Source: Euglena gracilis (Eukaryota). Taken from it: a stretch of 64,000 nucleotides of DNA. This document shows positions 53,067 to 64,000 of this stretch, piece after piece. Within the stretch, counting starts at the first letter, position 1, and each line of letters opens with the position of its first letter. The notes below the pieces were generated by a model. That model was not told where the DNA came from. It saw only the letters and a list, made by a program, of their open reading frames with translations, and did no database searches. The stretch is from positions 29,459,411 through 29,523,410 of the forward strand of contig CP154954.1 in the NCBI GenBank assembly GCA_039621445.1. The letters are read 5' to 3'. The position numbers and the translations under genes were made by a program.

Positions 53067-53468
53067 TCACCTCGGGCGGGTGCACTGGATGCGAATGGGG
53101 CCGACTAGGGTCCCATCCTCGGCGTGACGCACTCTTTGCCATCCTTCCATGTCCACCGCCGCCACTGCGGTGGCTCCTTGTATGCTCCTGGTTCTCGACG
53201 GCATCTCTTGCGGCGTGGCTGTTGGAGGTAACTCCTCTTGCCCTCTGGTTGTAGCGGCGGCAGAGAGCTGTTCCGCCACAAAGGCCATCAAGGTTGCGGA
53301 TATACGTTGCCAAATGTCTGCGGCCATGTGCTGCCTTGCCCATCCTTGCTTGTCACCAAGGGCTTGCTTCACCAGACGGCCAAGGAGACCAGACCCCAAT
53401 GGGCCCAGGCCTGACCACGGATGGAAGGACAGAGGGCTGAATAACCATCCTGCGGCTTCACATACCGG
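53067..53468 (-). CDS. C-terminal part of the CRE RLE domain, separated by the insertion
   Basis: VCEAAGWLFSPLSFHPWSGLG..IWQRISATL continues EHKKVTKNQP in frame once 53469-55195 is removed. Confidence 0.85.
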   Translation of the reverse strand, partial: PVCEAAGWLFSPLSFHPWSGLGPLGSGLLGRLVKQALGDKQGWARQHMAADIWQRISATLMAFVAEQLSAAATTRGQEELPPTATPQEMPSRTRSIQGATAVAAVDMEGWQRVRHAEDGTLVGPIRIQCTRPR

Positions 53469-53841
53469 GGAGGCGGACGGACGGACGGACGGACGGCTGG
53501 TGAAAAAAGCGAAGGTCCGGACGGACGGCTGACCTTGTGGGCTTGGTCCAGACGGCTGAAGAAAATGCACTTGGTCCAGCTAGCCGGCTGGCCGGCTGGC
53601 CGGCTGGCCGGCTGGCCGGCTGGCCGGCCGGATGGGTCTTTGGAAGCGCAGGCGTCTCAGTGCACGCGAGTTTGGGCAGATATATACCAATTTTGTATGT
53701 CTGGTGTGGAGGACGGACGGCTAGAGAAAATTCCTTTCATCTGGACGGACGGCTGGACGGTGCTGGACGGACGTACGGAATCGGACCCAGGACCAACAAA
53801 GGAGAAAGGCTCGATTTTTTACATAGTTTTCATTTTAGCTT

Positions 53842-53913
53842 TCACTCATAGTGTAGCGGTCTGCACCCGGGACTTGGATTCCAACATCCCCGGTTCGATC
53901 CCGGGTGGGGCCT
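53842..53913 (+). pseudogene. tRNA-like sequence (Gln-like body, TGG in the anticodon position)
   Basis: A box TAGTGTAGCGG, B box GGTTCGATCC, T stem mostly intact; acceptor and anticodon stems mismatched. Confidence 0.7.
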
Positions 53914-54849
53914 TGAATTTTTAAGCTCGCGGACACTAAATTAGGATCGAAATTAGAGCGGTTTGGGACGAACTTTTCTAGGGCAGATGGAATTTCACTG
54001 GCGGACAGACATTTTAAATTCAGACAGAGGCACAATCAAAAGATGTTTTACTGTTTGAAATGATTGAAATCGAAGAGATGAGTTCATTTCGTGTGATAAG
54101 TTCGTGCTGATAGTTTCACAGTTGAAGGTATGTTCCCTGTTGTTGCTCCTGCTGTGTTCTTCTGGAGTGTTTGTAAACTGCCAAACATTTTTTGTAGGCG
54201 ACATGCATGCAGCTTCAGCATACTTTAGCATCATTTCATTTGTCTGTGGCATGCCTTCAAAATGGTTTTTACGACAGCATTCCAACAAATCCTGTGAAGG
54301 TTTTCTTCTGGACATTTCTGTGACATCTTTCATGCTACATCTGGCACATTTCATTGTTCATCTTTTGGATGATAAATGGGAGCCACAGGGATTTAGTTCA
54401 TGATTGAGTAAATGATGCTCATTTGGTTCATTTTTCACAGGACATTGAGATTAAGACAGAGTTCATTTCAATGGAAAGACTTCAAGTCAAAGATTCAATT
54501 GACAAAGTTGGATTTGAATGGAAAGAAGTTTTGAGACTGACCAAGTGTTTTGAAGTCAATTGAAGGTGTGCCTTTTTTCAAATGAGAAGTTTGTTCAAGA
54601 TGCTTGAAGGTTACCTTAATTGGTTTGTGCGGCCTTGATTTTTCTGTTGTCCATGTCCTTGTGTGTTGGTTTTTCAGTTTTTGAAGCTTTTTTGATGAAA
54701 TTTTCAAAAAGTGAAATTTTCAACTTGAAAATTGAACGCGCACAGGTTAAAATTTTTTGGGTTCCTGAACCTCAAAAACCGCAGTCCCCCTTTTTAAAAG
54801 AGGGAAGACCAAAAAGAATTTAAAATTTTTTGTTTTGAGAATGATATCA

Positions 54850-54921
54850 CCCCTTGTGGTATAGCGGTCGTGTGGTTAGTGTGTGACCGGTAGGTCGCGG
54901 GTTCGAATCCCGCCGGGGTTG
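54850..54921 (+). pseudogene. tRNA-like sequence (Pol III A/B boxes)
   Basis: TGGTATAGCGG and GCGGG-TTCGAAT-CCCGC; acceptor stem degenerate, anticodon loop non-standard. Confidence 0.7.
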
Positions 54922-55192
54922 GGGCAACTTTGTGTTTCCCCTAATTAGACACGACGAGTAGAGGGAAGCCGTGATTGAAGCCGTGATTGCTTTTCAGGAG
55001 GAAGTATTTTTTTTTGGTCCGGCCGGCTGGCAAGACAGACTTTGGTCCGGACGGCTGGCAAGACAGACATTGGTCCGGCTGGACGGACGGCTGGCGAAAA
55101 AATGCTTCGTCCGGACGGACGGCTGGGCGTCCAGCATAGGTCCGGCTGAAGAGGTCCGGACGGCTCGGACGGACGGACGGCCAGCCGCCCCC

Positions 55193-58100
55193 CGGTTGGT
55201 TCTTCGTGACCTTCTTGTGTTCCATTGCTGCCATGTTCTTTAAAGCAATATTCTCGTCCCATGACAAATCTTTCCGGAGGGGGTGGAACACTACAAGGTC
55301 GACTGCCAACGGCCCCACAGGGTCAACCCCTTGTAGGGCGACATCCGCTGGGCGCATCTTCCCACCGATGGCCACCTCTGTCTTGGTGTGCACACCATGT
55401 TCTCTGAGGACCATTGCCAGCGCGTCCCGCACAGCGTTGTGACGTTGCACGAGTTTGTTCTTTTTGCAGCATAGCAGGTGGTCCCCAAAGGGATCCATGG
55501 AGTCCCCACACAGGGGGCAAGGAGCACCAGACGAGCCCGGGAGGACCTTGGCGCCGAGCCACCATCGGAGGAGGAGGCGGTACTTTGTTGCTGGGATTTT
55601 GGTTCCCATGCCTTTGTTTGGTATCGTTTGGAGCCAGGCGGTTGTATGGGGCATCGATTGCAGTCGGAGGCGGCATTTGTCTCGTTGTGGCAAGATGTTC
55701 TTCAAAGCTTCTTTCCTTGCTTGGTGCACTTTGTCTGTCCACCATTGCTGCCTTCTGTGGTCTTCTTCAACGTCCGATGGTTGATTCTTCTCAATCCAAT
55801 CTGGCAGTGGCTCGAACTGAGGGCCGAGTGAGCCGCGCAGATCCACGGCCACCTTCTTGAAATCAGGGGGCAAGGCGCAGGCCTCGGGCGGAAACCGTAA
55901 CATTTGTGACCGCTGTTGTGCACATAGAATCCCTGCCATTCTGGCCGGTGCTTGGAGGACGAGGGGATCCTTCACCCCGAGGCCGGCCATGCGTAGGGGG
56001 AGTGAACACTGTGTCCATTGTGCATCATTTGATGCCGGCTGGCCCATGATGTCATCCCAGGTCTTCCGGATGATCCGCGCCGCTGCTTGGATTGGCTCCT
56101 GTAGGGTGTCCATGTTCATGGTTCGTAGGAAATGCATCACCTTGCAGGCATCAAGACAATATCGCAAGAGCACATGCTCAACCTGAGGATCTCCCAGGTT
56201 GGTGAGGACGTGACATGCTTCTTGGAGCTTGTCCACTGCCCCTTGCATCTCGGCTTTGCGGAAGGATGTTGAAAGTGGGTGTTCCACTGGGAAGCCGAGG
56301 ACCCGCAGCCCGTGGTCTGGCATCCACGGTACCCGCGGAATTGATCGCAACAAATCGAAATGGCTTCCATTTGATGTCGGTGTCTGTGCAGGACCCCACA
56401 AGCGGCATTTTTGGAGGTTGAGATGCACGCCAAGATGTGCAGAACTCACGCTGATGGTTGCCAATGCTGCCGCCAAGGTGTCCATGGAGCCCACCAGGTG
56501 ACCATCATCCAGATACCACACGTTCATCTTCAAATCTTTGGGCAGCGCCAGGACCACATCTTGCCACGCCAATGCAAAGAAGAGGGGACCCAAAGGGTCT
56601 CCTTGCTGCACTCCTTGCTCACTCGTCATTCGGTGCCCATGGTTGTAGAGGGCGGAGTGCTGAGCGTAAGACAAACGTGCCCATGCCTCAAGCTCTGGGG
56701 CCCGAATGCGTACTGCTTTCAGGAGGGCTTGCCGGTCAATTGCGTTGAACGCATTTTGTAGGTCCACTTGCAGGATTGCCCATGCATCTCCTTGGCCGTG
56801 TTCTGCAAAGGATTGCACCCCTTGGGCTATGGTCTCACAAGCCCCTTCGGTGGTGACTCCACATTGATGCGGGTGCAGCTCTGATGCCCGTTGCTTGACA
56901 CACGGTGAGGTCATGGCGAACTTGCTTACAAAGCGGCGGAGGGTGTTCCCCACTGCAATGGGGCGAATGTTCAGACTGTCATTGGGGCCGTCCTTCCTCA
57001 ATGGAATCAAGGTGGCCGATGAGATGAAGGGCATTGCTTGTGCTGGCAGTGACCCTTCCAGGGCCGCTTTGGAGAACGTGCGCAGCGCTGCCAACACCAT
57101 TGCCGCTGCACCGGCGTCCACACGCACTACATCCTGGAGGTGTTGGGGTCGGAGTCCATCAGGGCCTGCAGCGGCTGCTCTTGGAAAAGAGAGTAACGTC
57201 TCACGGAGAAACTTATTCAAGTCATGCTGCTCTTGAGAGGATTCCTCCTTTGGGAATGGAAACACTTTGGAGACAGGCTCCACAAAGATGACTTCTGGCC
57301 TTCTTGGATGCAGGTCTCTGAGCTTTGCCTGCACCTTGTGGTCCAACGGATCGTGCAACCCATCAGACATGAGATGGCGCACCGCCTTGCCAAATGCTCC
57401 ATCTTCCATCAAGCCCCGCAGCGTGTTCAGGAATGGGGCTTCCTGCAGCCTGTCCACTTTGTCCTCTAGGGATGGAGATGCCGTGCTTTTTTGCTTCTTG
57501 CGGTCCGGCCGAGGAATGCCTTGGCGAAACTCGTCCCACAAAGAAGCCAGGTCACCTGCCTTAAAGCGATCAACTTGTGATCTTATGAGTTGGGCGGCTT
57601 GTCCCTTGTGGCCCTTGCCACCTCGAGGCGACCAGAGGGTCACCTTTTGAAACAGGGCCCAATCTCGGAGTGCCTCCCACGATCGTTCAGAGCAGAGGCG
57701 CTGTTGCAGCTCAGCCCAGGCCACGCCCCACAATGTGACAGCCGCACGCGGGATGTGCCGGAACAGGGGCCTTGTGGTGGACAGAATCTCGTGAATTGCG
57801 GATGACATAAGCGCATTTGGGGCGTCCAATGGTGTGGATGGAGGCATGTGGTTGCTTGACGATGAGCTCGCGGCTGCATGGGCCGGTGGTGGGTGGCTTG
57901 CCGGCGGGAGACGGGTTGGGGTGGAGTCCGGTCGCACACGGTAACAATTCTCACTTGCACACCGTTTGCCTTCTGGGAGGAGCTTGAGGCAATGTCCACA
58001 CACCCAGCGTTGTGCGTCCCGCAACCAAGCAGACGAAGGCATCTCTCCTGCGGCGACGTGGACCATTGCTACATGGTTTGTGGCGAGCCGCTTTGTGTTC

Positions 58101-59253
58101 CATCCTTGAAAGCTGTGTCGGAGGGACTTGCAGCAGTGAGGAAACGGGCAATGGAAAAGGCCTGGGCCCTCTTCCTCGGAATCTGAGGAATCTGGACCGC
58201 GTTCTGCTCTTCGCTTACGTGCCCGGTGGTTTGGTCCTGCTGATGCGGAAGCTGCGGAGGAGGCGGACGGTGGTGGAGGCGCCAGGTTGATGACCGCTGC
58301 TGATTGATTCACCGCCATGAAAGCTGCCCCTGGATCTGAAGGCGAAGTCGGCCCAGGATTTGACTCGACATCTCCATCATTGCACAGGTCCCGCATCCAT
58401 GAACTTTGTGCTTGAAATGGGGACACTTGAAGACCTGGATCGCAAATGTGGAACCATGGAGGGAAAGCCAGGGAGGGGATGGAAAGGGGACGAATGGGGA
58501 TGGGAGATGGGGGCGAAAGGTAGCTCGGGATCGTGGCGATTGAGGTTGGTGGGCGAAAGTGAATGGTGGTGGGTGGACCGTGGCGGGGACGGGGTTGGGC
58601 ACATCTTGGGGTGGGAGGGGGGGGCGAGCCAGCAGTGGGGACTGCGGCAGCACCATGGGGACGGTCAGGCCCGCCCGGGCTCACCGAGGGAGAGATCCTT
58701 GGTGGCGTCTCCCTCGGATCCTCGCCCAACGTAAACCCCGTCACGGTGGGGGCCAGCCTGCTGGTGCTTTGGGGCGCTGGGGGGGACGGGTCCGCGGGAT
58801 GGCCAGCAGAGGGGACTGCGGCAGCACCATGGGGAGGGACAGGCCCGCCCGGGCTCACCGAGGGAGAGATCCTTGGTGGCGTCTCCCTCGGATCCTCGCC
58901 CAACGTAAACCCCGTCACGGTGGGGGCCAGCCTGCTGGTGCTTTGGGGCGTTGGGGGGACGGGTTCGCGGGATGGCCAGCAGTGGGGGCTGCGGCAGCAC
59001 CATGGGGAGGGACAGGCCCGCCCGGGCTCACCGAGGGAGAGATCCTTGGCGGCGTCTCCCTGGGATCCTCGCCCAACGTAAACCCCGTCACGGTGGGGGC
59101 CAGCCTGCTGGTGCTTTGGGGCGGTGGGGGGAATGGGGCTGCCCTCGGGGGGGAGGCGCAGGGAGACTCGCCCGGGCTCACCGGGGGTGGGATCCTTGGT
59201 GGCATCACCCCCGGGTCACGGCCCTTGCTACTCACTGGTTGGGCGCATCTCAT
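55193..59253 (-). CDS. CRE polyprotein: Pro-rich repeats, 2A, Zn fingers, reverse transcriptase, Zn knuckle, RLE (N-part)
   Basis: RPIAVG..RR, VDLQNAFN, GVQQGDPLGPLFF, WYLDD, CPLC..DHLLCC, RHNAVRD, RPADV..AVD; open from 58918; likely ATG at 59253 via one frameshift near a G run at about 58955. Confidence 0.93.
58349..58372 (-). other. 2A/StopGo motif DVESNPGP
   Basis: WMRDLCNDGDVESNPGP fits D(V/I)ExNPGP exactly, in frame. Confidence 0.85.
58626..59130 (-). repeat. About three tandem 174-bp units (58-aa Pro-rich repeat)
   Basis: CCAACGTAAACCCCGTCACGG recurs near 58726, 58900 and 59073. Confidence 0.92.
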
Positions 59254-59467
59254 AGTGGGGGCGTCCCCCTCTGGGGGCCCTGGGCGGCGGGCGGGGCGGG
59301 GCGCCTCTTGACAAATGGGTGGATCAGGGGCGTCCCCCTGCCCTGGGAAAGGTTGGAAGGGGTGGGAAGGCGGGGCAGGGAATGGTAGGCAGGGGCGGAG
59401 ATGACTACTGGAGGTGGACGTTCAGATTCGTATTGTGAATTCAAAAGGGAAACTGAAATGCTGGTGG

Positions 59468-59599
59468 CTCAGAAAGGCTGGTGGACCTTTCTTCTGGGTG
59501 TCGAAGGGCAAGTTAAGAATCAGCCAACTCCGGCGAAAAAAGGCACACTCAGAAACGGACTGCTTAGGATTCACGCAAAGCGCCTTGGCACTCAGAAAG
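59468..59599 (-). other. Cluster of three spliced-leader-like motifs
   Basis: Minus strand CTTTCTGAGTG (59599-59589), TTTCTGAGTGTGCCTTTTTTCG (59555-59534), CTTTCTGAG (59476-59468) versus Euglena SL ACTTTCTGAGTGTCTATTTTTTTTCG (recalled). Confidence 0.55.
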
Positions 59600-61730
59600 G
59601 ATCACAAATTTAGGAATCTCCCAACCACCCAACTACGCGAATATGCTGAAATCTTGGCGCGATGCATTGCATTTTCCTAACTCTCTTCATCAGACCAGAC
59701 CAGACGCGCGCCGCCAAAACATTATATATTCGGCAGCACTTCGTTCCCCTGCGTCATATGTTCAACGTGAGCCGTTCGTTCCCCTTTCGCTATCTTGCTG
59801 ACTACCAACAGCACAGGGGGGCAGGAAATTTTCCCTTGTGGCGGCCAACAAAGATGTCCAGCAGGATGCAACAATTGTGTATTTCAGCTGTGAGCCTCGT
59901 GGGAGCCAGCCAGCACCTTTTTCCAAGGCAGAATGCTGGTCGAAATCCCCAGAACACCTTCAAAAACACCATTTTCAGCGATCCGCATCAAAAAATTTTC
60001 GGTTAAGCCTGGCTTCACCAGGATGGCCCCAACTTTGGTGCTGTTTTTAAGATGTCAGGCTAAAGTGGGCCTAAATTTCGGCCTACTTCTAACCCAACTC
60101 CTTCAACAACCCTAAACTTTCCACTTAGAAAAACAGTACCCTCAGTCTGAATAAAACTTTCTTTGGCTTTTTTTTGCCCCTTCGAGGCAGGCATCATACC
60201 ACTGTGCCAAAAAATACCTTTGAACTGTCATGAGCCCGATCTCCGAGGACTTCAACTTCGATGTCGCAGTCTTTTCGATGGCAGAGTCCTTTGTGTGGAA
60301 GTATTTCGAGAAAGATCATACTGGGCGTGTATTTTTTGAGGTTGCTTTTTGTGTGTGTGTTTTTTTTGAATTTATAACAATCTTTTTTTCAAAAAAAAAA
60401 GTCCACGAGGGTTTGGAGGGAAGGAAGAATTACTGACCGCCCATGTTGGTCAATCACCTCTTGGGCAACAGGCCAAAACAAAGAGAATCCTCTGGCCCAG
60501 GGAATGAGTGTGCCATCTTTTGTGTCTAGTGCCTTTGTTTGCAACCTGACCTTGAAAAATTTTATGTTACACCTAACACCTGAGATTTTAACACTTCACA
60601 CCTCTAATTTTGTACTTTCGGTCAATTTTTTTTGCACTTTATCTCAAGAATGTTTGCACATGCCAACAATTTGTCTGCACTTTATCTCAAAAATGTTTGC
60701 ACTGAATCCCAAAAATATTTGCGTCCGTTCCGAAAATTTTTGCGCTCGGATCGGGTGTTTTGCACAGTTGTCCTTTGAAACTCCAATCGAAATGGATCTT
60801 TTTCCATAAAATGACGGAGGGCAAATTTTTCCGAAACAAGTGCAAACATTTTTGGGATGCAGTGCAAAAATTTTTGAGGCCTTTGGGCAATTTTTTTAGG
60901 GCGCTGGGCAAAATTTTGACAGGTCGTGGGCAAACATTTCAGACGCTAGGTGTAGTGATATTTGTTTGAAGCCCCCCCCCCGAATGTTCTGTGTGTTCGT
61001 TCGAAGGTCCGCAATGGAATATTCGAGGCAGCCTCACCACTGGACCCCTCCTTTTTCCTTACCCTCACCCCCCCCCCCATTTGGCTGATGGCCGGGCTCC
61101 CCTTTGGACCCACCTAACCAATTGGGGGGGGGGCATTTTGGCTCGTGCAAGCAACGACATTGGGGGGCGCTTGGGAGCTTGGAAAATGGAAAAGGTGCTG
61201 GCTGGACCGGGGGGGGGGGGGTAGGGGTGTGGTACTGGTGGCTGGCCCAAGTGATATGCAAAACCTGGCAGCCCATGTTTTGACGAGGCACATTTTTTGT
61301 TGGCCAAAAAAATACAGACAAATTTGAATGATGTCAAAGAAAACGTGTGCCCCCCCCCCCGCTTCCTGAACCACCCCCATGGTCAAATGTCATTTTTGCA
61401 TGGTTGGCCCCCATGTATGGTTGGCCAACACCCCCTCCCAAATTGATGGACCTTCCCTACAACATTGTAATTGAAAGTACCCCCAGGTTCCTTTTTAAGG
61501 CTCCAGGTCGCCCCACCCAAAGTCGGGACGCATTAGGGTATTTCAAAAAAAAATTCTTCACAGCTTCGCCCCAAAATTGAAACCGCCTCATATTACCCTC
61601 ACCCCCTGGGCGATTCCCTTATTCTGGTTCTCATCGTGTTTCACCGCAGTTACAGGTATCTGGGCTCCTCCAAGTGGTATTTAAAACAGTTATTTCTTTG
61701 TTTGGCGTAGAATGGCAGGACTCTCACAAT

Positions 61731-61753
61731 AATTTTGTTTTTCAGGGCACAAA
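61731..61753 (+). promoter_or_regulatory. Putative trans-splice acceptor of UGDH
   Basis: aattttgtttttcag|ggcacaaaATG, AG 8 nt before ATG as for PPWD1. Confidence 0.55.
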
Positions 61754-61840
61754 ATGGCTGACTTCAAAGTGAAGATTTTGTGCATTGGCGCTGGGTACGT
61801 TGGTGGTCCAACGATGGCAGTCATCGCTTTCAAATGTCCC
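61754..61840 (+). CDS. UGDH: UDP-glucose 6-dehydrogenase exon 1 (rest beyond right edge)
   Basis: MADFKVKILCIGAGYVGGPTMAVIAFKCP is the UGDH N-terminal Rossmann motif. Confidence 0.92.
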
Positions 61841-64000
61841 TGACAGGGTTTCACATCCCAGCAAAGACAGGAGGAGACCGTGACTTGGGGGTTGGGTGAA
61901 GAAACCCCTGGTTTTGGTCTCGAGATGGGACCACTGCAAGTTCAGCCTCCCCGGATGGCCTGGCGAAGCTGGATTGAATATTTTTTGAAAAAAAGAGTGA
62001 GAATGGCATGGCAATTTGAGGGATTTCGGTTTTAAGCTTTCAGTTCCAAATTTTGGCGGAAAAATTCCAACCCACTGGATTCGGGCCCCGGGCGGATATT
62101 GGCCATGCTTGCTCTGGAGGTTGGGCCGACCTAGGTCGGCACGGCCCAACCATGCTGTTATCGACCTCTGGAGGTCGACAGAAATGGCCACTGCACCGCA
62201 TTACCCCCCCCCTTTTCAAAGAACTGGTCGGCCCGACCTGTTGCAGTTGCCGACCATATGGTCGGCCTGACCAATTGGAGGTCGGGCCGACCATATGGTC
62301 GGTAGAAATGACCTCAATGGTTTTCCTTTTCAAAAGCATCCATCCAAACCCTTGGCCAAACCCCGGAACATAAGAAGGCCATTTTCGCATATACCCTCAC
62401 CCCCCCTAATTGCCCCCCCCCCCCAATTGGCTAATTGAGGGTCCCGTTGGACGGTCCATTAGCCAATTTGGGGGGGGGTCGGGCTTATTGCCCATTGGCC
62501 GGGGTTATCCCCCCCTAATTGTCCCCCCCCTAATTGGCTACCACTCCCCCCCTTATTTGACCCCCCCCCTTAATTGAGCATTTGGGTCCGGGGAGGAAAT
62601 TTTTTTAGGCGCCGAAGGCGCCGAAAAAATTTTTTGCCCTCTCGCAAAGCCAAATTTTCGACCCCCCCCCTTATTTGAGCATTTGGGGGGTCCCTTAGCC
62701 CGTGGGTGTGCTCAAATAAGGGGGGGGTAATTGGGGGTCCGAAGGAGCCCGGCCATTAGCCAAATAGGGGGGGTGAGGGTACCCATAAGCTAGGGGGCAT
62801 TGCAAAACAATTCCTGGTGGCGTTAACCCGTGGCCAAAAAGAATTTCTGACGTTATTTGAAGGGTTATATGAGTTGGGTTAGGGTTATGATTCTTATGCA
62901 AACAGCAGAACATTTCCTGCTCAACGTTGTTAGATTGGTCTCTACAAGGTTCCCAGCAATCCCAAAGAGCCGCCCAACTTGGGTTAAAAACATGGGGGGA
63001 CCTGAGCGAGGCGCCAGCAAGGGTCCCCCCATGTGCATTAACCCCAGTTGGGCGGCTCTTTGGGGTAGCTGGTACCGTGTAGGAGCCAATTTATCCCGTT
63101 TCTGAACAGCCGGCTGCAGCCCTCAAAAAATTTTCAGGCTTCAAAAAGAGGCACTTGCCAATGGAGCCCTGGATTCGGGCTTTCTTGCCTGTTTTCGAGG
63201 TGCCAGCCCGGTTCAGCTGCCAGTAGACCCCTTTTCCAGCCAGCACCTTTTTTCCCCTAGCGGTAACCCCCCCAGGGTCTTTAAGGAAACCCCTGGACTG
63301 AACCATTATTTCCAGAGTGGAAGTGTTGATTTTTGAGTCATTTTGGTCCCGGTGGCCAGAGACCGACCCTGGAGGGGTTGGGGAGTTGGGTGATTGGTTT
63401 TCCAGATCCCCCCCCCCGGGGGGGTGTTGCTGAGCAACGGTATAATTCTGATTAAGGATGTCAAGAATAAAACAACCTGTTTGTACCCGCCCCCCCCCCC
63501 TTGTCCCCTTGTCCACCGACCACCCCTACATACCGACCACCCCCCGGTCGGGGGTTGCAGGTTGGGGGGGGGGTGTACGACCACCCCCGGTCGGGGGTTG
63601 CAGGTGACCACCAAAATGTTTTTACCTCTCATGTGCTTGTCGACCAGCTTTTTTCCCGTGTTTCCTGTCCATTGAGTGTTCCTCGTGTTCCCTCCGGGGA
63701 GTCCTGTTTTGTTTGAGCATAGCACCTCTGTTGTTGCTATGGTTATTGGTCCCTTACCTCATGGGGAGAAATATTACCGTTATGAAATTGCACCTTTTTT
63801 TGGCTTTTGGTTTTGTTTTGGCCCTAGTGGTACGACCACCCCCGGTCGGGGGTTGCAGGTTGGGGGGGGGTGTACGACCCCCCCCCCCCGGTCGGGGGTC
63901 GTAGGAACCCGGTCGTTGGACAAGGGGGGGGGGGGGGCGGGTACAACAAGGCAATGGTTTTGCCAAATAAAAGTTTCATGCATGCTTTTTTGTTGGTTTT

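Larger units (their letters stand above)
53469..55192. mobile_element. 1.7-kb TIR element inserted at CCGG in the CRE ORF
   Basis: CCGG on both sides (53465-53468, 55192-55195; 3- or 4-bp TSD); ends GGAGGCGG / CCGCCCCC; GGACGG/GGCTGG subterminal repeats. Confidence 0.85.
53017..59600 (-). mobile_element. Near full-length CRE-clade non-LTR retrotransposon, interrupted by a DNA element
   Basis: Zn fingers, RT and RLE in one ORF; short A tail at 53017-53026 about 40 nt after the stop at 53067; 5' boundary approximate; no TSD found. Confidence 0.88.

Noticed and set aside
52303-53127. RAVPSRAEPC and HGSARLGTAR ORFs
   Set aside because: Translations of the decamer satellite
53842-54921. Functional tRNA genes
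   Set aside because: Acceptor and anticodon stems are broken in both
54941-55192. Last about 80 aa of the 1325-aa ORF as true C-terminus
   Set aside because: Read-through into the inserted element; real C-terminus is 53067-53468

Overview
Repeat-dense eukaryotic nuclear DNA, most likely from a euglenid (inferred from mixed GT-AG and non-conventional introns, polypyrimidine-AG acceptors just upstream of two start codons, and motifs resembling the Euglena spliced leader). Long G/C/A runs suggest imperfectly polished long reads. Host genes: 12 phase-consistent exons of a PPWD1 (WD40-cyclophilin) gene on the minus strand (16984 to 638, continuing off the left edge), the first exon of UDP-glucose 6-dehydrogenase on the plus strand (61754), and possible exons of an unidentified gene. 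The rest is nested MITEs, a hAT transposase remnant, microsatellites, many CRE-clade non-LTR retrotransposon fragments and one near full-length CRE element (about 53017-59600). Main observations: (1) two non-conventional PPWD1 introns have the geometry of a CAG...CTG transposon plus one decayed 8-bp target-site duplication, and their ends resemble CAGGCTT-type MITEs with 8-bp TSDs in the same window, suggesting an intron-generating transposon family; (2) the CRE element encodes a 2A/StopGo motif between a 58-aa repeat region and its zinc-finger/RT/RLE part, has three spliced-leader-like motifs at its 5' end, and is interrupted by a TIR element carrying two tRNA-like sequences. All calls were made by eye; no searches were run.
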